Shown one piece after another: positions 1 to 10,507 of a stretch of 64,000 nucleotides of DNA (the first letter of the stretch is position 1; each line of letters begins with the position of its first letter). Below the pieces are notes generated by a model, which made no database searches, was not told the DNA's origin, and saw only the letters and a program-made list of their open reading frames with translations. The DNA comes from an uncultured delta proteobacterium (lineage in GTDB: Bacteria > Myxococcota > Kuafuiibacteriia > Kuafuiibacteriales > Kuafuiibacteriaceae): contig CAWDML010000001.1 in NCBI GenBank assembly GCA_963803435.1, forward strand, positions 288,001 through 352,000, in the 5' to 3' direction. Both the position numbers and the translations under genes were made by a program.

Positions 1-708
1 GCTCATCTCGGTCAGCTCGCGTGCACCACGCTCGGGAGCGCGCGCCGTGGTCTCTCCCCGACGGAAGCGATTGATGGCACGGTGCAGGTCGAGCGTCGGC
101 TGAATGACGTGCGAGCGCAGCGCCAGCACGGCGCCGGTCAACCCGCCGAACAGGAGCACGCCGGCCGCCAGCCCCAGGGCCAGCCCCAGCTGCTCCGCGC
201 GTGTCGCCTCGCTGTTCGCGTCCCGCAGGTCCTGCTCGTTGATCTCGCGTAGCGCCTTCACCGACGCGAGCGCCTTGTCGAAGTCTCGGCGGGTGAGCCG
301 GACCAGGTCGCTCAGCCCCACCGCGCTCTCCTCGATCGACCGGCGACGGGCGAAGTAGCGATCGATCCTCGCGGTGGCGTCGGCGGCGACCGCAACCTCG
401 CGCGGCGTTCCCGCCGTCGCCCGCGCCTGCGCCAACAGCGCTCCGATCGTCTGCTCGCGATCCGCCCGCAGGGAGTTGAATCCCTCCTCCCCGGTGGCCG
501 CGAACAGATTGCTGAGACGGTTGTGCGTCTGGAGGCTCCGCTCCAGATCGCTGGCCGCCATCAGGTTCTCCGTCTCGGAGGCCATCCGCGGGATCGAATG
601 ATTGAGGGACGACGCCATCCAGGCGGTGGACGCGATCGCCGCCACCACCATCGTGGCCAGCAGCGAGGCGCTCAGCGTGCTCAGCGCCCTGAGACTCCAT
701 CGTCTCAC
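1..708 (-). CDS. Membrane sensor protein with TM-helical sensor-TM-HAMP architecture, probably a histidine kinase; runs off the window start
   Basis: Not in the ORF track. Hand translation from GTG at 708 gives MRRWSLRALSTLSASLLATMVVAAIASTAW (TM1), a helical periplasmic region, LGLALGLAAGVLLFGGLTGAVLAL (TM2), then HAMP-like VIQPTLDLHRAINRFRRGETTARAPERGARELTEMS. The frame is open to position 1. Confidence 0.75.
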   Translation of the reverse strand, partial: MRRWSLRALSTLSASLLATMVVAAIASTAWMASSLNHSIPRMASETENLMAASDLERSLQTHNRLSNLFAATGEEGFNSLRADREQTIGALLAQARATAGTPREVAVAADATARIDRYFARRRSIEESAVGLSDLVRLTRRDFDKALASVKALREINEQDLRDANSEATRAEQLGLALGLAAGVLLFGGLTGAVLALRSHVIQPTLDLHRAINRFRRGETTARAPERGARELTEMS

Positions 709-798
709 GCGCGGTGGACGTGCAACGGGGGGACCGTGCGTGGGATCACGGCATCCGACGGGCCGGGCGGGGCAAACCGGCACGGGGGCCGCGGGACG

Positions 799-3096
799 TC
801 ACTTGGAGCCGAAGGTCTCGGCCACCTCCGCGGCGGTCCCCGGGATCGACGTGCGCGTCATCCGGTCGTAGCAGGCGTGGGCGGCCTCGATGAAGAGCAG
901 CGCCTCTTCAATCCGTCGCTTCGACTCGGCGCCCGACACGGTCTCGAAGTCGCTCTTGTGAGCGGTGAAGAGAAACTGTGCGAACTTTCCTCCGACGTAC
1001 TGATCCCAGAACAGCGCCGTCTCGCAGAACCGCTTCTCGAACTCACGCAGGATGTCCTCGGGATCGTCGGTGACGTCGTTGTACTGACCTTGGACCAGCG
1101 CCTTGGCGGCCGTCAGCATCGCTTGGTAGGCCTTGCGGGCGGCGTCGGAATGGCGGGCCTGGTCGTACTCGATCTGAGCCTCGAAGACCTCGGTCTCGCT
1201 GCGCTGCAGGCCGAACTCGGTCAGCGCCACCAGCTCGCCCGCGCACTCGCCCTCGCCATAGTCGGTCATCGAATACTCGCGCGCATCGCCCCAGTCCTGG
1301 TAGTACTCCGGGTGCGTCTCGAACGGCGGCATCTGGATCAGGTCGGCCAGGAGATCTCGGATCTGCGCCCGGCCCATCCGCTTCCAGAACGACTGGAAGG
1401 TCTCGTCTCCCTCGCGGTTCTCGAGGAAGTAGCCGAGGATCCGGTCGACCGTGTCCGGGATGTTGCGCGCCGGCACCGCACCGACCGCCAGCCCGTAGGC
1501 GCCCGCGTTCTCCTTCCACTGCCCGCCGAGTACGACCTGGAAGTGCGGGACCATGTGATTGCCCTTCTTGCGGCTCACGCCCAGGAAGCCGAGGTCTGCG
1601 ATGTGGTGCTGGCCGCACGCGTTGAAGCAGCCGCTGATCTTGATGCGCATGCCCTGGACGGCGACGTCGAGATCCACGAACTTCGCGGCCAGCCGGCTCC
1701 GGAGCTCGACCGCCAGGCCCCGCGACGACGCAATGCCGAGCTTGCAGGTGTCGGTGCCCGGACACGCCGTCACGTCCACGATCGTACCGGCCCCCGGCTC
1801 CCCGAGACCGTACGCGTCGAGCGCCTTCCAGAGCTCGGGGACGTCGGCCTCGCTCACCCAGCGGAAGACGATGTTCTGCTCCACCGACGTCCGGATGGCG
1901 TCGCCGGTGAACCTGCGTGCGATATCGGCGAGCGCGCGGCCCTGATCCGCCGTGAAGTCGCCGAGCGGGAGCGTCACCGTCGCCAGCACGTATCCCGGCT
2001 GCTTCTGCGCCGTCACGTTCGTGTCGCGCCAGCGGCGGAACTTCTCCGGCAGCAATCCGTTCAGCTTCACCAGCGATTCGCCGCGCTTGAGCGGCGCCTC
2101 CCGCGACTGGTGGAGGTCGGCCAGATAGCCGCTCCAGCGCTCGTCGAACGGGATCACGCTGCGCTCCTCCCGCACGAGACGGCGGAACTCGTCGAGCCCC
2201 AGCTTGCCCACGAGGAACTTGAGGCGCGCCCGCGTGCGGTTCTGCTTCTCTCCGAGACGTGCAAACACGCGGCAGACCGACTGCGCCAGCGGCAGGATCT
2301 CCTCCTCGACCACGAACGGCTCGAGCAGCTGTGACTGGTACGGCACCGCTCCCAGGCCGCCGCCCACGTAAAACTCGAACCCCCGGCGCTGCACACCGTC
2401 GTCGCCGGTCTGCATCTTCGCGATCAGACCGATGTCGTGCATGCTGGCCAGCCCGCACGCCTCCTGAGGGCAACCCGAGAAGCTGATCTTGAACTTGCGC
2501 CCGAAGTCCTGGACGTCCTTGTGGCCGAGCAGGAAGTACGTCATCGCGTGGGCGTAAGGCGTGACGTCGAAGACCTCGGTCGGGCACACGCCCGCGCGCG
2601 TACAGGCCGTCACGTTGCGGACGCTGTTGCCGCAAGCTTCACGCGTGGTGATCCCGGCGGCCGCGAGACGCCGCATGAGATCCGGCGTCTGCTCGATGTG
2701 GACGAAGTGGAGCTGGATGTCCTGGCGCGTGGTCACGTGGCAGATGCCGTCCGAGTACTCCTCCGCCAGCGCCGAGAGCACCTCGAGCTGGCGCGCGGTC
2801 AGGCCGCCGTACGGGATCTTGATCCGCTGCATCCCGGGCGCGTCCCACATCGTATTCGGACCCTTGGTCGGCTTGTCCTCGTAGGGCAGGCGACGCGTGG
2901 CGACACCGTCGTGACGCTGCCCGTTGTCGTACCGCTGGCCGTAGACGCCCCGGCGGAGGCGCGTCTCTGCGAAGAGCTTCTCCTCCACCTTGCCCTGCTG
3001 CCGGAGGCGGATCTGGAGCTCGAACATCTCAATCTCGCGCGCCAGGTGCTCCGGCATCTCGTCGGCGAGCTCAGTGGCCCAGGTTCGTTCCGTCAT
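799..3096 (-). CDS. Ferredoxin-type sulfite/nitrite reductase hemoprotein with a C-terminal HEPN-like extension
   Basis: RLRRGVYGQR, HVTTRQDIQLH, ACGNSVRNVTAC, RKFKISFSGC, and siroheme/4Fe-4S Cys motifs TACPGTDTCKLG and KISGCFNACGQH. Adjacent to cysG. Start taken at ATG 3096 (MTERTW). Confidence 0.9.
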   Translation of the reverse strand: MTERTWATELADEMPEHLAREIEMFELQIRLRQQGKVEEKLFAETRLRRGVYGQRYDNGQRHDGVATRRLPYEDKPTKGPNTMWDAPGMQRIKIPYGGLTARQLEVLSALAEEYSDGICHVTTRQDIQLHFVHIEQTPDLMRRLAAAGITTREACGNSVRNVTACTRAGVCPTEVFDVTPYAHAMTYFLLGHKDVQDFGRKFKISFSGCPQEACGLASMHDIGLIAKMQTGDDGVQRRGFEFYVGGGLGAVPYQSQLLEPFVVEEEILPLAQSVCRVFARLGEKQNRTRARLKFLVGKLGLDEFRRLVREERSVIPFDERWSGYLADLHQSREAPLKRGESLVKLNGLLPEKFRRWRDTNVTAQKQPGYVLATVTLPLGDFTADQGRALADIARRFTGDAIRTSVEQNIVFRWVSEADVPELWKALDAYGLGEPGAGTIVDVTACPGTDTCKLGIASSRGLAVELRSRLAAKFVDLDVAVQGMRIKISGCFNACGQHHIADLGFLGVSRKKGNHMVPHFQVVLGGQWKENAGAYGLAVGAVPARNIPDTVDRILGYFLENREGDETFQSFWKRMGRAQIRDLLADLIQMPPFETHPEYYQDWGDAREYSMTDYGEGECAGELVALTEFGLQRSETEVFEAQIEYDQARHSDAARKAYQAMLTAAKALVQGQYNDVTDDPEDILREFEKRFCETALFWDQYVGGKFAQFLFTAHKSDFETVSGAESKRRIEEALLFIEAAHACYDRMTRTSIPGTAAEVAETFGSK

Positions 3097-3106
3097 CTCT
3101 CGCCTC

Positions 3107-4501
3107 TCATGCCGCCGATTCGCGGCTCCTTCTCTCGCGCGCCGCCTCGACCCGCCGGACCACCTCACCCACGATCAGGGTGACCGGTCCTTCGAGGGCT
3201 GCCGCCTCGATCGCAGCCGCCAGCGTCCCCACCGTACCGGCCACGATTCGTTGCTCCGGAAGCGTCGCCTTGCTCACCGCCATCGCGGGCGTCTCCGGGT
3301 CGCGGCCCTCCCCGATCAGCCCGTCCATGATCTGGCGGACCGCGCCCAATCCCATCAGGACCACGGTGGTCTCCTCGCGGATCGGGAGCTCCCCGTGCGT
3401 GTAGCCGGCGGCGTCGTGTCCGGTGCGAACGCTCAGGCCGCGAGCCTCTCCCCTGCGGGTCAGCGGGACGGACGCCACGGCCGCCGCCGCCAGCACCGCG
3501 CTGACGCCCGGGACCACCTCGAACGGGATCCCCGCCGCGGACAGCGCGTCGATCTCTTCGCCGCCCCGGCCGAACACCAGCGGATCGCCCGCGTGCAGGC
3601 GTACCACCCGGCGGCCTTCCTTCGCCTCCTCGATCATCAGCTCTTCGGTGCGGCGCTGCGCGAACTGCTTTCGATCGCAGCCGATCCGCTCACCGCGACG
3701 CCCGACATCGACGACCCGCGCCTCCGGAGATGCCAGCGCCACGACCTCCGGATCGACGAGGGCGTCGTGAAGCAGGACCTCGGCGCGCTGGATCCGATCC
3801 TGCGCGCGCAGGGTCAGGAGGGCCTTCGCGCCGGGACCCGCGCCCACGATCGCGACGGTGCCTGCGGGGAACGGCTCCTCGGCCTCGCGGGCCAGCGCGT
3901 CGAGCCGCTCGGAGGCAGCGTCCGACTCCCCTCGATCGACCAGCGCGCCCAACCAGGGATCGGCGAGCGCACGCAGGAGCGCGCTCCGCCGGGACAGCCC
4001 GCGCAGCCCGCTCTTCCGCGCCCGCTCCAGGAGGGCCGCCGCGGTCTTCACGCTCGCAGGGATCGCGGCCTCGAGCAGGCGCCGGAGCTGCGCCGCCAGC
4101 AACGGCGAGGACCCACCGGTGCTGATCGCAAAGGTCACCGGACCGCGCTCGACGATCGCCGGCGCGAAGAAGTCGCAGGCCTCGGGATCATCGACCACGT
4201 TCACCAGGATCCGCCGGGCGCGCGCGGCGCCGGCCAGGGCTCGATTCACTTCGCGGTCGTCCGTGGCGGCGATGACGAGCTCGGCGCCCGCCACGTCCTC
4301 GCTCCGGACCTGCCGTTCCTCCACCTGGGTCGCCCAGGCGAGCTGGGCGAGGATCGCGTCGTCGAAGCGCTCCGCGATGACGTGGACGCGGGCGCCCGCC
4401 GCCGCCAGCCCGGAGAGCTTGGCGGCGGCCACCCTGCCACCCCCGGCGAGGAGCACCCGCTTCCCCTCGAGGTTGACCAGGTGGATGGGATAACCGGCCA
4501 T
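3107..4501 (-). CDS. cysG: Siroheme synthase (precorrin-2 dehydrogenase/ferrochelatase plus uroporphyrinogen-III C-methyltransferase)
   Basis: N-terminal YPIHLVNLEGKRVLLAGGGRVA, VNVVDDP and AISTGGSSPLLA. C-terminal VGAGPG, VVRLHAGDPLVFGRGGEE and VPGVS. Confidence 0.93.
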   Translation of the reverse strand: MAGYPIHLVNLEGKRVLLAGGGRVAAAKLSGLAAAGARVHVIAERFDDAILAQLAWATQVEERQVRSEDVAGAELVIAATDDREVNRALAGAARARRILVNVVDDPEACDFFAPAIVERGPVTFAISTGGSSPLLAAQLRRLLEAAIPASVKTAAALLERARKSGLRGLSRRSALLRALADPWLGALVDRGESDAASERLDALAREAEEPFPAGTVAIVGAGPGAKALLTLRAQDRIQRAEVLLHDALVDPEVVALASPEARVVDVGRRGERIGCDRKQFAQRRTEELMIEEAKEGRRVVRLHAGDPLVFGRGGEEIDALSAAGIPFEVVPGVSAVLAAAAVASVPLTRRGEARGLSVRTGHDAAGYTHGELPIREETTVVLMGLGAVRQIMDGLIGEGRDPETPAMAVSKATLPEQRIVAGTVGTLAAAIEAAALEGPVTLIVGEVVRRVEAARERRSRESAA

Positions 4502-4503
4502 CC

Positions 4504-5127
4504 TCAGTTCTGACCGCTCGGCTGCGCGAGGCCGGAGGTCGACAGTCGGTTCAGGAGATGGGTGGTGGGCGGCGGCGACCCGACCCGTACGCGGAGCACG
4601 AACGGCGTCCGGGGTTCGATGCGCTGCACGATACTGATGTCGTCGGTGCGATAGAGCGCCTCGACGAAGGCGGAGATCATCGGGCGGGCGGCGTCATCCG
4701 TGGCGGCGGTGTTGGGCGCGAGGAGGCGGTCGACGATCCCCAGCTCGAACGCGCCCGTGTCGATCGCGTAACGCCCGCCGAGCTCCGGCTCGCCGGCCAG
4801 CAGATCCGCGAAGCCGAGCACGGAGCGAAAGGCCTCGCGCAAGCGCTCCTCGACCCCGCCGCCGTGGACGCGCTTCTTCGCGAAGAGTATGCCTGGACGG
4901 CCGTGACGCGTGTCGACGGCGTAGTGGGCGGTATTGCAGATGAGGAGGACGCCGGGCCCGTTGTGGACGTGCGCGTAGCTGGCGACGTCGATCATCAGCT
5001 CGGGGGCCAGCGCGTTCTGCTGGATGAGGCGATGGAAGACCGGAAGCAGCTCGTCGAGGTCGACGCCGATCGGGTCACACAGGAGATACTTCACGGTGAG
5101 CTGAGGTGATTGGAGCGGCGCGACCAT
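4504..5127 (-). CDS. Hypothetical protein, first gene of the cysG/reductase operon
   Basis: Globular, codon-biased ORF containing IDVASYAHVHNGPGVLL. Its stop is 2 nt from the cysG start. The start could lie anywhere between 5127 and 5184. Confidence 0.7.
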   Translation of the reverse strand: MVAPLQSPQLTVKYLLCDPIGVDLDELLPVFHRLIQQNALAPELMIDVASYAHVHNGPGVLLICNTAHYAVDTRHGRPGILFAKKRVHGGGVEERLREAFRSVLGFADLLAGEPELGGRYAIDTGAFELGIVDRLLAPNTAATDDAARPMISAFVEALYRTDDISIVQRIEPRTPFVLRVRVGSPPPTTHLLNRLSTSGLAQPSGQN

Positions 5128-5186
5128 CGGGAGGAGGGTCAGCCTATGCGACATAAAGGCATCGATCAACGGCCACACACACACCC

Positions 5187-5936
5187 GTGAGGCTCGCGCC
5201 CGAACAGAAAGCGCGTCTGATGCGCGACGGCTACCTCCATGTCGAGGGTGTCCTTCCCAGACCCGCGATCGAGGCGGCGCTCCGTGCCGTCAACGCCTGG
5301 ATCGGCGGCGGCATGGACCCGCTGGAGATGGAGACGTACGCCAGCCAGAGCTACTGCCCCGAGCTCCGGAGCGCGCCCGTGTTCGTGGATCTGCTGGAGC
5401 GGACACCGGCCCTCGAGCTCGTCGAGTCGGTGCTCGGCGCGGACAGCGTCGTCCGCGGACATCGCGCTCAGATCGCGCTGCGCTTCCCCCTGCCGGCCGG
5501 GAGCCCGCGACGCCCACCCGAGCCCCACCTCGACGGCGTCGCGACCTCGACGAACGGTGTCGCCGCCGGTCGGGTCCACAACTTCAGCGCCCTCTTGGCC
5601 CTCTATCTCGAGGACGTCACCACCGAGTGGGCCGGCAACTTCACCGTCTGGCCGGGAAGCCACCTCGCGCATGCCCGCTGGTTTGCGGCGCACGGGCCGA
5701 GCGCGCTCCTCCGCGGCATGCCGGCGATCGATCCTGGCCCACCCCGGCAGCTGCTCGCCCGCGCCGGAGATGTGTTCCTCTGCCACTATCTCCTCGGTCA
5801 CGCCGCCGCCGAGAACCACTCCCCCCGCGTCCGCTACGCGGTCTTTTTCCGTCTCCAGCACCGGGATCACGCCACGCTCGGCGACACGCCCATGATCGAT
5901 CCGTGGCGAGGCTGGGACGGGCTCGGCGTCCGCTGA
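5187..5936 (+). CDS. Phytanoyl-CoA dioxygenase (PhyH) family Fe(II)/2-oxoglutarate oxygenase
   Basis: RDGYLHVEGVL start, HxD motif (PHLDG), GNFTVWPGSH, AGDVFLCHYLLGH and a distal Arg (RYAVFFR). Confidence 0.85.
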   Translation: MRLAPEQKARLMRDGYLHVEGVLPRPAIEAALRAVNAWIGGGMDPLEMETYASQSYCPELRSAPVFVDLLERTPALELVESVLGADSVVRGHRAQIALRFPLPAGSPRRPPEPHLDGVATSTNGVAAGRVHNFSALLALYLEDVTTEWAGNFTVWPGSHLAHARWFAAHGPSALLRGMPAIDPGPPRQLLARAGDVFLCHYLLGHAAAENHSPRVRYAVFFRLQHRDHATLGDTPMIDPWRGWDGLGVR

Positions 5937-6011
5937 GCTCGCTATGCGCCGCACTGCCACCCGCACGCGTTGTATCCGCGCCGCCTCGGTCCCTATTCTC
6001 GAATCACCGCG

Positions 6012-6521
6012 ATGTACGAGACGGCGCCCGTCGAGCGGAAGCCCGCCGCGATACCGATGACACCCGCCATTCCCACCGCGCGGCTGGCCCCGTCGGGCGG
6101 CGCCCGCCTCGCGCGCCTCGGCCTCTTGGTGGTGCTCGGTGCCGTCGTGATCGGATCGATCTTCGTGCTCGCCGGCTCCTCGCGGCCCACAGACACACCG
6201 CCCGCGCCGGCGCCACCGCCGCGCGAGGTCCCCGCGGCCCTCGTGCCCGCAGCGCCGCCTCCGCCCGTGGTGACGCCGGCCGTCCCTCCTCCGCCCGCGC
6301 TCACCCGCGCCGACGTGCGGCGACAGCTCTTTCACCTGACCAAGCGAATGCGCGCGCTCGACGCGTCACCGGTGGAGCCGCAGAAGCTCGGACCGCTGTG
6401 GCGTGACCTCCTCGACGCGCGCAGTCAGCTCGAGTCGCCCGACGCCGATCTGCGCCGGGTCGCGGAGCGGCTCGACGCGCTCGAGGCGGCGGCCCGCGAG
6501 CTCGCACCCGGCGAAACCTGA
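6012..6521 (+). CDS. Hypothetical single-TM protein with Pro-rich linker and C-terminal helical bundle
   Basis: TM segment LGLLVVLGAVVIGSIFVLA, then a PPAPAPPP linker and an amphipathic helical C-terminus. Confidence 0.6.
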   Translation: MYETAPVERKPAAIPMTPAIPTARLAPSGGARLARLGLLVVLGAVVIGSIFVLAGSSRPTDTPPAPAPPPREVPAALVPAAPPPPVVTPAVPPPPALTRADVRRQLFHLTKRMRALDASPVEPQKLGPLWRDLLDARSQLESPDADLRRVAERLDALEAAARELAPGET

Positions 6522-6584
6522 CCCTTCGGCCAGAAAATCTCGTCATGTAAAAAAGATCCGCGGTCAGCCTCATATAAGATCAGT

Positions 6585-8209
6585 ATGGTGATCGTGTGGG
6601 CCGCGGCGCTCGGCCTCAGCCTCGTGTCGGCGCCCGCTGATCTTCGCCTTCGAGACCTCCAGACCGATCAAAGCGAGGTCAGCGCAGGCGACGCCCTCTC
6701 CGTCACGATCACGGTCGTGAACGACGGCGCCGACCCGCTGGCCGGGCTCTCCGTCTCGTTGGTTCTCTCGGACAACGCCGTGATCTCGCAGCTCGACACC
6801 GAGATCGCTGCGATCCCCCTGACCCTCGGGCCAGGCGAGAGCGTGACCCGCCACGTCCTCACCCACCTCCCCTCACCCATGCCGTCGGGCCTCTGCTGGC
6901 TCGGCGCGCGCCTCGGTGAGGTCACCCTGACCGACCCCGACCCGATCGCCGTGGTCGGCGACGGGCTCGCGATCCTGGTCGCCGAGCTCCCGGCCGCCTC
7001 CGTCGGCGCCAGCTACGACTTTCCGCTGGTGGCCGGAGGGGGCGCCGGGCCGGTCTCCTTCGCGGTCGCCGACGGGGAGCTCCCCGCCGGCCTCCAGCTC
7101 TCGCCCTCGGGCGTGCTCTTCGGCGTGCCGACCACGCCGGGCGCCGTCGCCTTCACCGTCAGGGCCTTCGACGGCGTCGACTCCGTCGACCGGAGCTTCG
7201 AGTTGTTGGTGAGCGACTCGGCCCTCGCCCTGTCGATCATCACCTCTCAGCTCCCGTTCGCAACCATCGGGCGCGAGTACGAGGCGCGCCTCCTCTCCAT
7301 CGGCGGCGGCCGCGAGCGGACCTGATCTGGCACGCCGCTGGGCTCCCGCTCGGGCTCACGATCGATCCGACCGGCTGGATCCGCGGCGTACCCGCGCAAC
7401 CCGGCGCCTACCGGCTCGAGACCTCGGTCGAGAGCAGCTCCAGCTCCGCGGACACCGAGCTCTCGCTCGTCGTCGACGCGCCCGGCCAGCTCCTGATCGC
7501 GCCGCAGCCCCTTCCGGAAGGGCGCTTTGGAGAGCCGTACCTCGCCGCCGTGCTGGCGGGCGGCGGGTCCGGACCGGTGCGCTTCACGCTCAGCGCCGGC
7601 GAGCTGCCCTCCGGCCTGACGCTCGCCGCAGACGGGACAATCGAGGGCACGCCGGTCCAGGTCGGCCGCCATCGGATCTGGATCCTCGCGTCGGACGCGT
7701 CGACGCCACCGCTCACGGATCGCCAGCTGTTCGAGCTCGAGATCGACGACGACGGCGGGATCAGGATCCGAGGCGAGCGCGACCTGCAAGTCATGTTGCA
7801 GGAGCCCTTCATGTTCGAGTTCATCGCCGAGGACACGGTGGCTCCGGTCGAGTGGAGGATCGCCGGAGGCTTCCTACCCAGAGGCGTGACGATCACGCGG
7901 GTGGGGGCGGAGATGCTCCTCACCGGGGCGGCCGGTGACGAGGGCGGAGCCGACCTTCTCCTCGAGGCAATCGACGGCGCCGGACGGGCCGGGCGCAAGG
8001 CCGTCCACCTCGAGATCACCTCGGAGGCGGGGCCGGCGATCGAGGAGGGAGGCTGCACCGCGCTCGCCGGGTCCGATCGCGCCTCTCTCCTCCTGCTGCT
8101 GGCCCTGGCGTGCACCGTTCGGTATATCCGCCGCAGCCGATGGCGACGCTCGCCGACTTCGCGATCCGCGCCGTCCTCCGCGCCCGGGGGTTCCAGAGCC
8201 GCCGGGTGA
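6585..8209 (+). CDS. Secreted CARDB plus putative Ig (He_PIG) repeat protein with MYXO-CTERM-like tail; frameshift near 7320
   Basis: Signal peptide, CARDB-like ADLRL...VTITVVNDG, and repeated LP.A.VG..Y...L.A.GG.GP..F....GELP.GL.L...G.L.G.P units. After a 1-nt shift the frame continues DLIWHAAGLPLGLTIDPTG into ORF 7550-8209. Tail EEGGCTALAG...LLLLLAL...RYIRR. Confidence 0.8.
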
Positions 8210-8982
8210 CCACCTCGGGGGGAGAGGTCCACTTCTACGAGCGGTCGGGGCCCGGCCGCGGCGCGATGGCGTTCCTCCACGGCTTTGGCGCCTCTGCAGG
8301 ACAGCTTGCGCCCCTGGTGGATCGCCTGGCGACCCGCTTTGCGCGGCTCCTGGTGTTCGATCTCCCGGCCCACGGCTTCAGCGCGTGCCCTGAGCCACTC
8401 GACGTGCGCACCATGGAGCGCGGCATCAAGGAGATGCTGGAGCGGACACTGAACGGCCCCGCCGTCCTGTTCGGCAACTCGATGGGCGGCTTCGCGGCGA
8501 TCCGCTTCGCGCTCGAGCGCTCCGATCTGGTGAGCCACCTCGTCCTGTGCTCGCCGGGGGGCGCCGCCATGACCGACGGTGAGCTCGACGAGCTCCGGCG
8601 CATCTTCGGCATGCGCAGCCACCGCGAGGCGCTCGACTTCATCGATCGACTCCTCGCCCGCCCGGCGCGGCTCCGACACCTGTACGCGGTCGCGGTCCGG
8701 CGCAAGCTCAGCGACGCCCGCCTCCAGTCCCTCCTCGCCCACGTCACTCCGGAGCTGCTGCTCTCGCCCCTTCAGGTGGAACGGATCGATCGCCCGACGC
8801 TCGTCCTCTGGGGACGCGAGGACGGCATCCTCCCGCGCACCAGCCTCGACTTCTTCCGGGCGCATCTCCCGCCGGGGAGCCGGATCGACGAGATCGACGG
8901 CTTCGGCCACAGCCCGCACATCGAGTCGCCCGGTCGCCTGGCCGCGCGCATCAGCCGCTTCCTCGACGAGGCTGCACGTTAA
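8140..8982 (+). CDS. Alpha/beta fold hydrolase
   Basis: FLHGFG, FDLPAHGFS, nucleophile elbow GNSMGG, LWGREDGIL and GHSPHIE. Confidence 0.9.
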   Translation: MATLADFAIRAVLRARGFQSRRVTTSGGEVHFYERSGPGRGAMAFLHGFGASAGQLAPLVDRLATRFARLLVFDLPAHGFSACPEPLDVRTMERGIKEMLERTLNGPAVLFGNSMGGFAAIRFALERSDLVSHLVLCSPGGAAMTDGELDELRRIFGMRSHREALDFIDRLLARPARLRHLYAVAVRRKLSDARLQSLLAHVTPELLLSPLQVERIDRPTLVLWGREDGILPRTSLDFFRAHLPPGSRIDEIDGFGHSPHIESPGRLAARISRFLDEAAR

Positions 8983-9668
8983 AGAGCGCGCAGGAACCGT
9001 CCGGTCGCGTCCAGCGCCGCCCGCGGGATCTCGTGCCCGCCCATGAACGGCACCCAGGTGTGACGAAATCCCGCCGCGGAGAGGAGGCCCTGAAGCTCCT
9101 CCGCAAAGGCGAAGGGCAGGACGGGATCGAAGCGCCCGTGCGACTGGACGATCGAGATCCCGCTGCGCGCGGCGAACCGGGTTCGCCACTTGTCGCCGCA
9201 GATGATGGTGCCCGAGAACAGGATCACGCCGGCCAGCGGGCGATCGCTGGTGAGCGCCAGGTCGAGCGAGAGCATCGCGCCCTGCGAGAAGCCGCCCAGG
9301 ACGATGCGGCTGCCGGCGACCTGATAGCGCGCCTGCACCTGATCGAGCATCCGCTCCAGCTGCGCCCGCGCAGCATCCAGCCCTTCCGGCACCTCGTTCT
9401 TGAGCGACTCCAGATCACCGCTCATCAGCCGGCTCTGGATGTCCGTGAGGTCGATCTTCCACCAGCCGCGCGACTCGCCGAAGCCCAGGTTGAAGGTGAT
9501 CGGCGCCGCGGGAAAGACGAACCGGGTACCGCGCGGCGCCTCGATCGCGCGCGCCAGTGAGACGAGGTCGTCGCCGGGCGCGCCGAAGCCGTGCAAGAGG
9601 ACGACGATCAGCTCGTCGCCATCGCCCACGACCCGCGCATCGAGATCGCCGAACCGCTGCAGCTCCAT
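8979..9668 (-). CDS. Phospholipase/carboxylesterase
   Basis: VLLHGFGAPGDDL, FVFPAAP, GGFSQGAM, SHGRFDPVLP and FMGGHEIP. Confidence 0.9.
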   Translation of the reverse strand: MELQRFGDLDARVVGDGDELIVVLLHGFGAPGDDLVSLARAIEAPRGTRFVFPAAPITFNLGFGESRGWWKIDLTDIQSRLMSGDLESLKNEVPEGLDAARAQLERMLDQVQARYQVAGSRIVLGGFSQGAMLSLDLALTSDRPLAGVILFSGTIICGDKWRTRFAARSGISIVQSHGRFDPVLPFAFAEELQGLLSAAGFRHTWVPFMGGHEIPRAALDATGRFLRAL

Positions 9669-9725
9669 GGAGCGCTCTATAGTCCCGTTTGACGCCGGTG
9701 GCTTCGGTCCGTAACGTCGTTCTCA

Positions 9726-10004
9726 GTGATCCCGGCCCGCACCAAGCGACACGGTCCGCTGCTCCTGCCGGCGCTCCGCCATCCCGGCATCCTCTGGCGC
9801 TATCTCACGGACCCGACCACGCCGAAGGCGCCCAAGCTCTTCCTGCTCTTCGCGATCGCGTACGCGATCCTTCCGGTCGATCTGATCCCGGACATGGCCC
9901 CGATCGTCGGATGGCTCGACGACTTCGGGGTGGCGACGCTCGCCATCACCTGGGTGCTGCGCAAGGCGACGGAGGCGGCCTCCAGGGCGGAGGAGATTAC
10001 TTGA
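9726..10004 (+). CDS. YkvA/DUF1232 family small membrane protein
   Basis: Signature AYAILPVDLIPDMAPIVGWLDD. Confidence 0.88.
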   Translation: MIPARTKRHGPLLLPALRHPGILWRYLTDPTTPKAPKLFLLFAIAYAILPVDLIPDMAPIVGWLDDFGVATLAITWVLRKATEAASRAEEIT

Positions 10005-10468
10005 GCGCGGCGACGGCCTTCTTGACGGCGTCGTAGTCCGGCTCGTTCTTCGGGGTCTCGGCGACCCACGTCCAGCGGAGGGTGCCTTCCTTGTCGACGA
10101 CGAACACCGATCGCTTGGCCGCAGTGTAGCCCGGCATGCCGGCGAAGTCGTCGTGCGCGACGCCGTAGGCCTTCACGATCTTTCGAATCGTAGTCGGAGA
10201 GGATGTCGAAGTTGAGGTTGTTCTTCTGCGCGAACGCGGCGTTCGAGAACGGTGCGTCGACGCAGATGCCGAGCACGGTGGCGCTCATCTCGTTGAAGTT
10301 CGAGAGCGCGTCGCGGAACGTGCACAGCTCCTTCTCGCAGACGCCGGTGAAGGACGCCGGGAAGAAGGCCAAGACCACGTTCTTGCCTTTGAGACCGGAG
10401 AGGGAGACCTCTTGCTTGCTCTGGTTGAAGAGCTTGAAGTCGGGAGCGGGGGATCCAACGTTGACCAT
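9997..10468 (-). CDS. Peroxiredoxin (AhpC/TSA family); frameshift at 10185-10189
   Basis: APDFKL and FFPASFTGVCEKELC (PxxxTxxC). Removing one base gives SDYDRKIVKAYGV...AAKRSVFVVDKEGTLRWTWVAETPKNEPDYDAVKKAVAALK*. Confidence 0.88.
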
Positions 10469-10507
10469 GGCGGAGGCCTAGCGCCCTGCCACGGCGAAAG
10501 CAACCGC

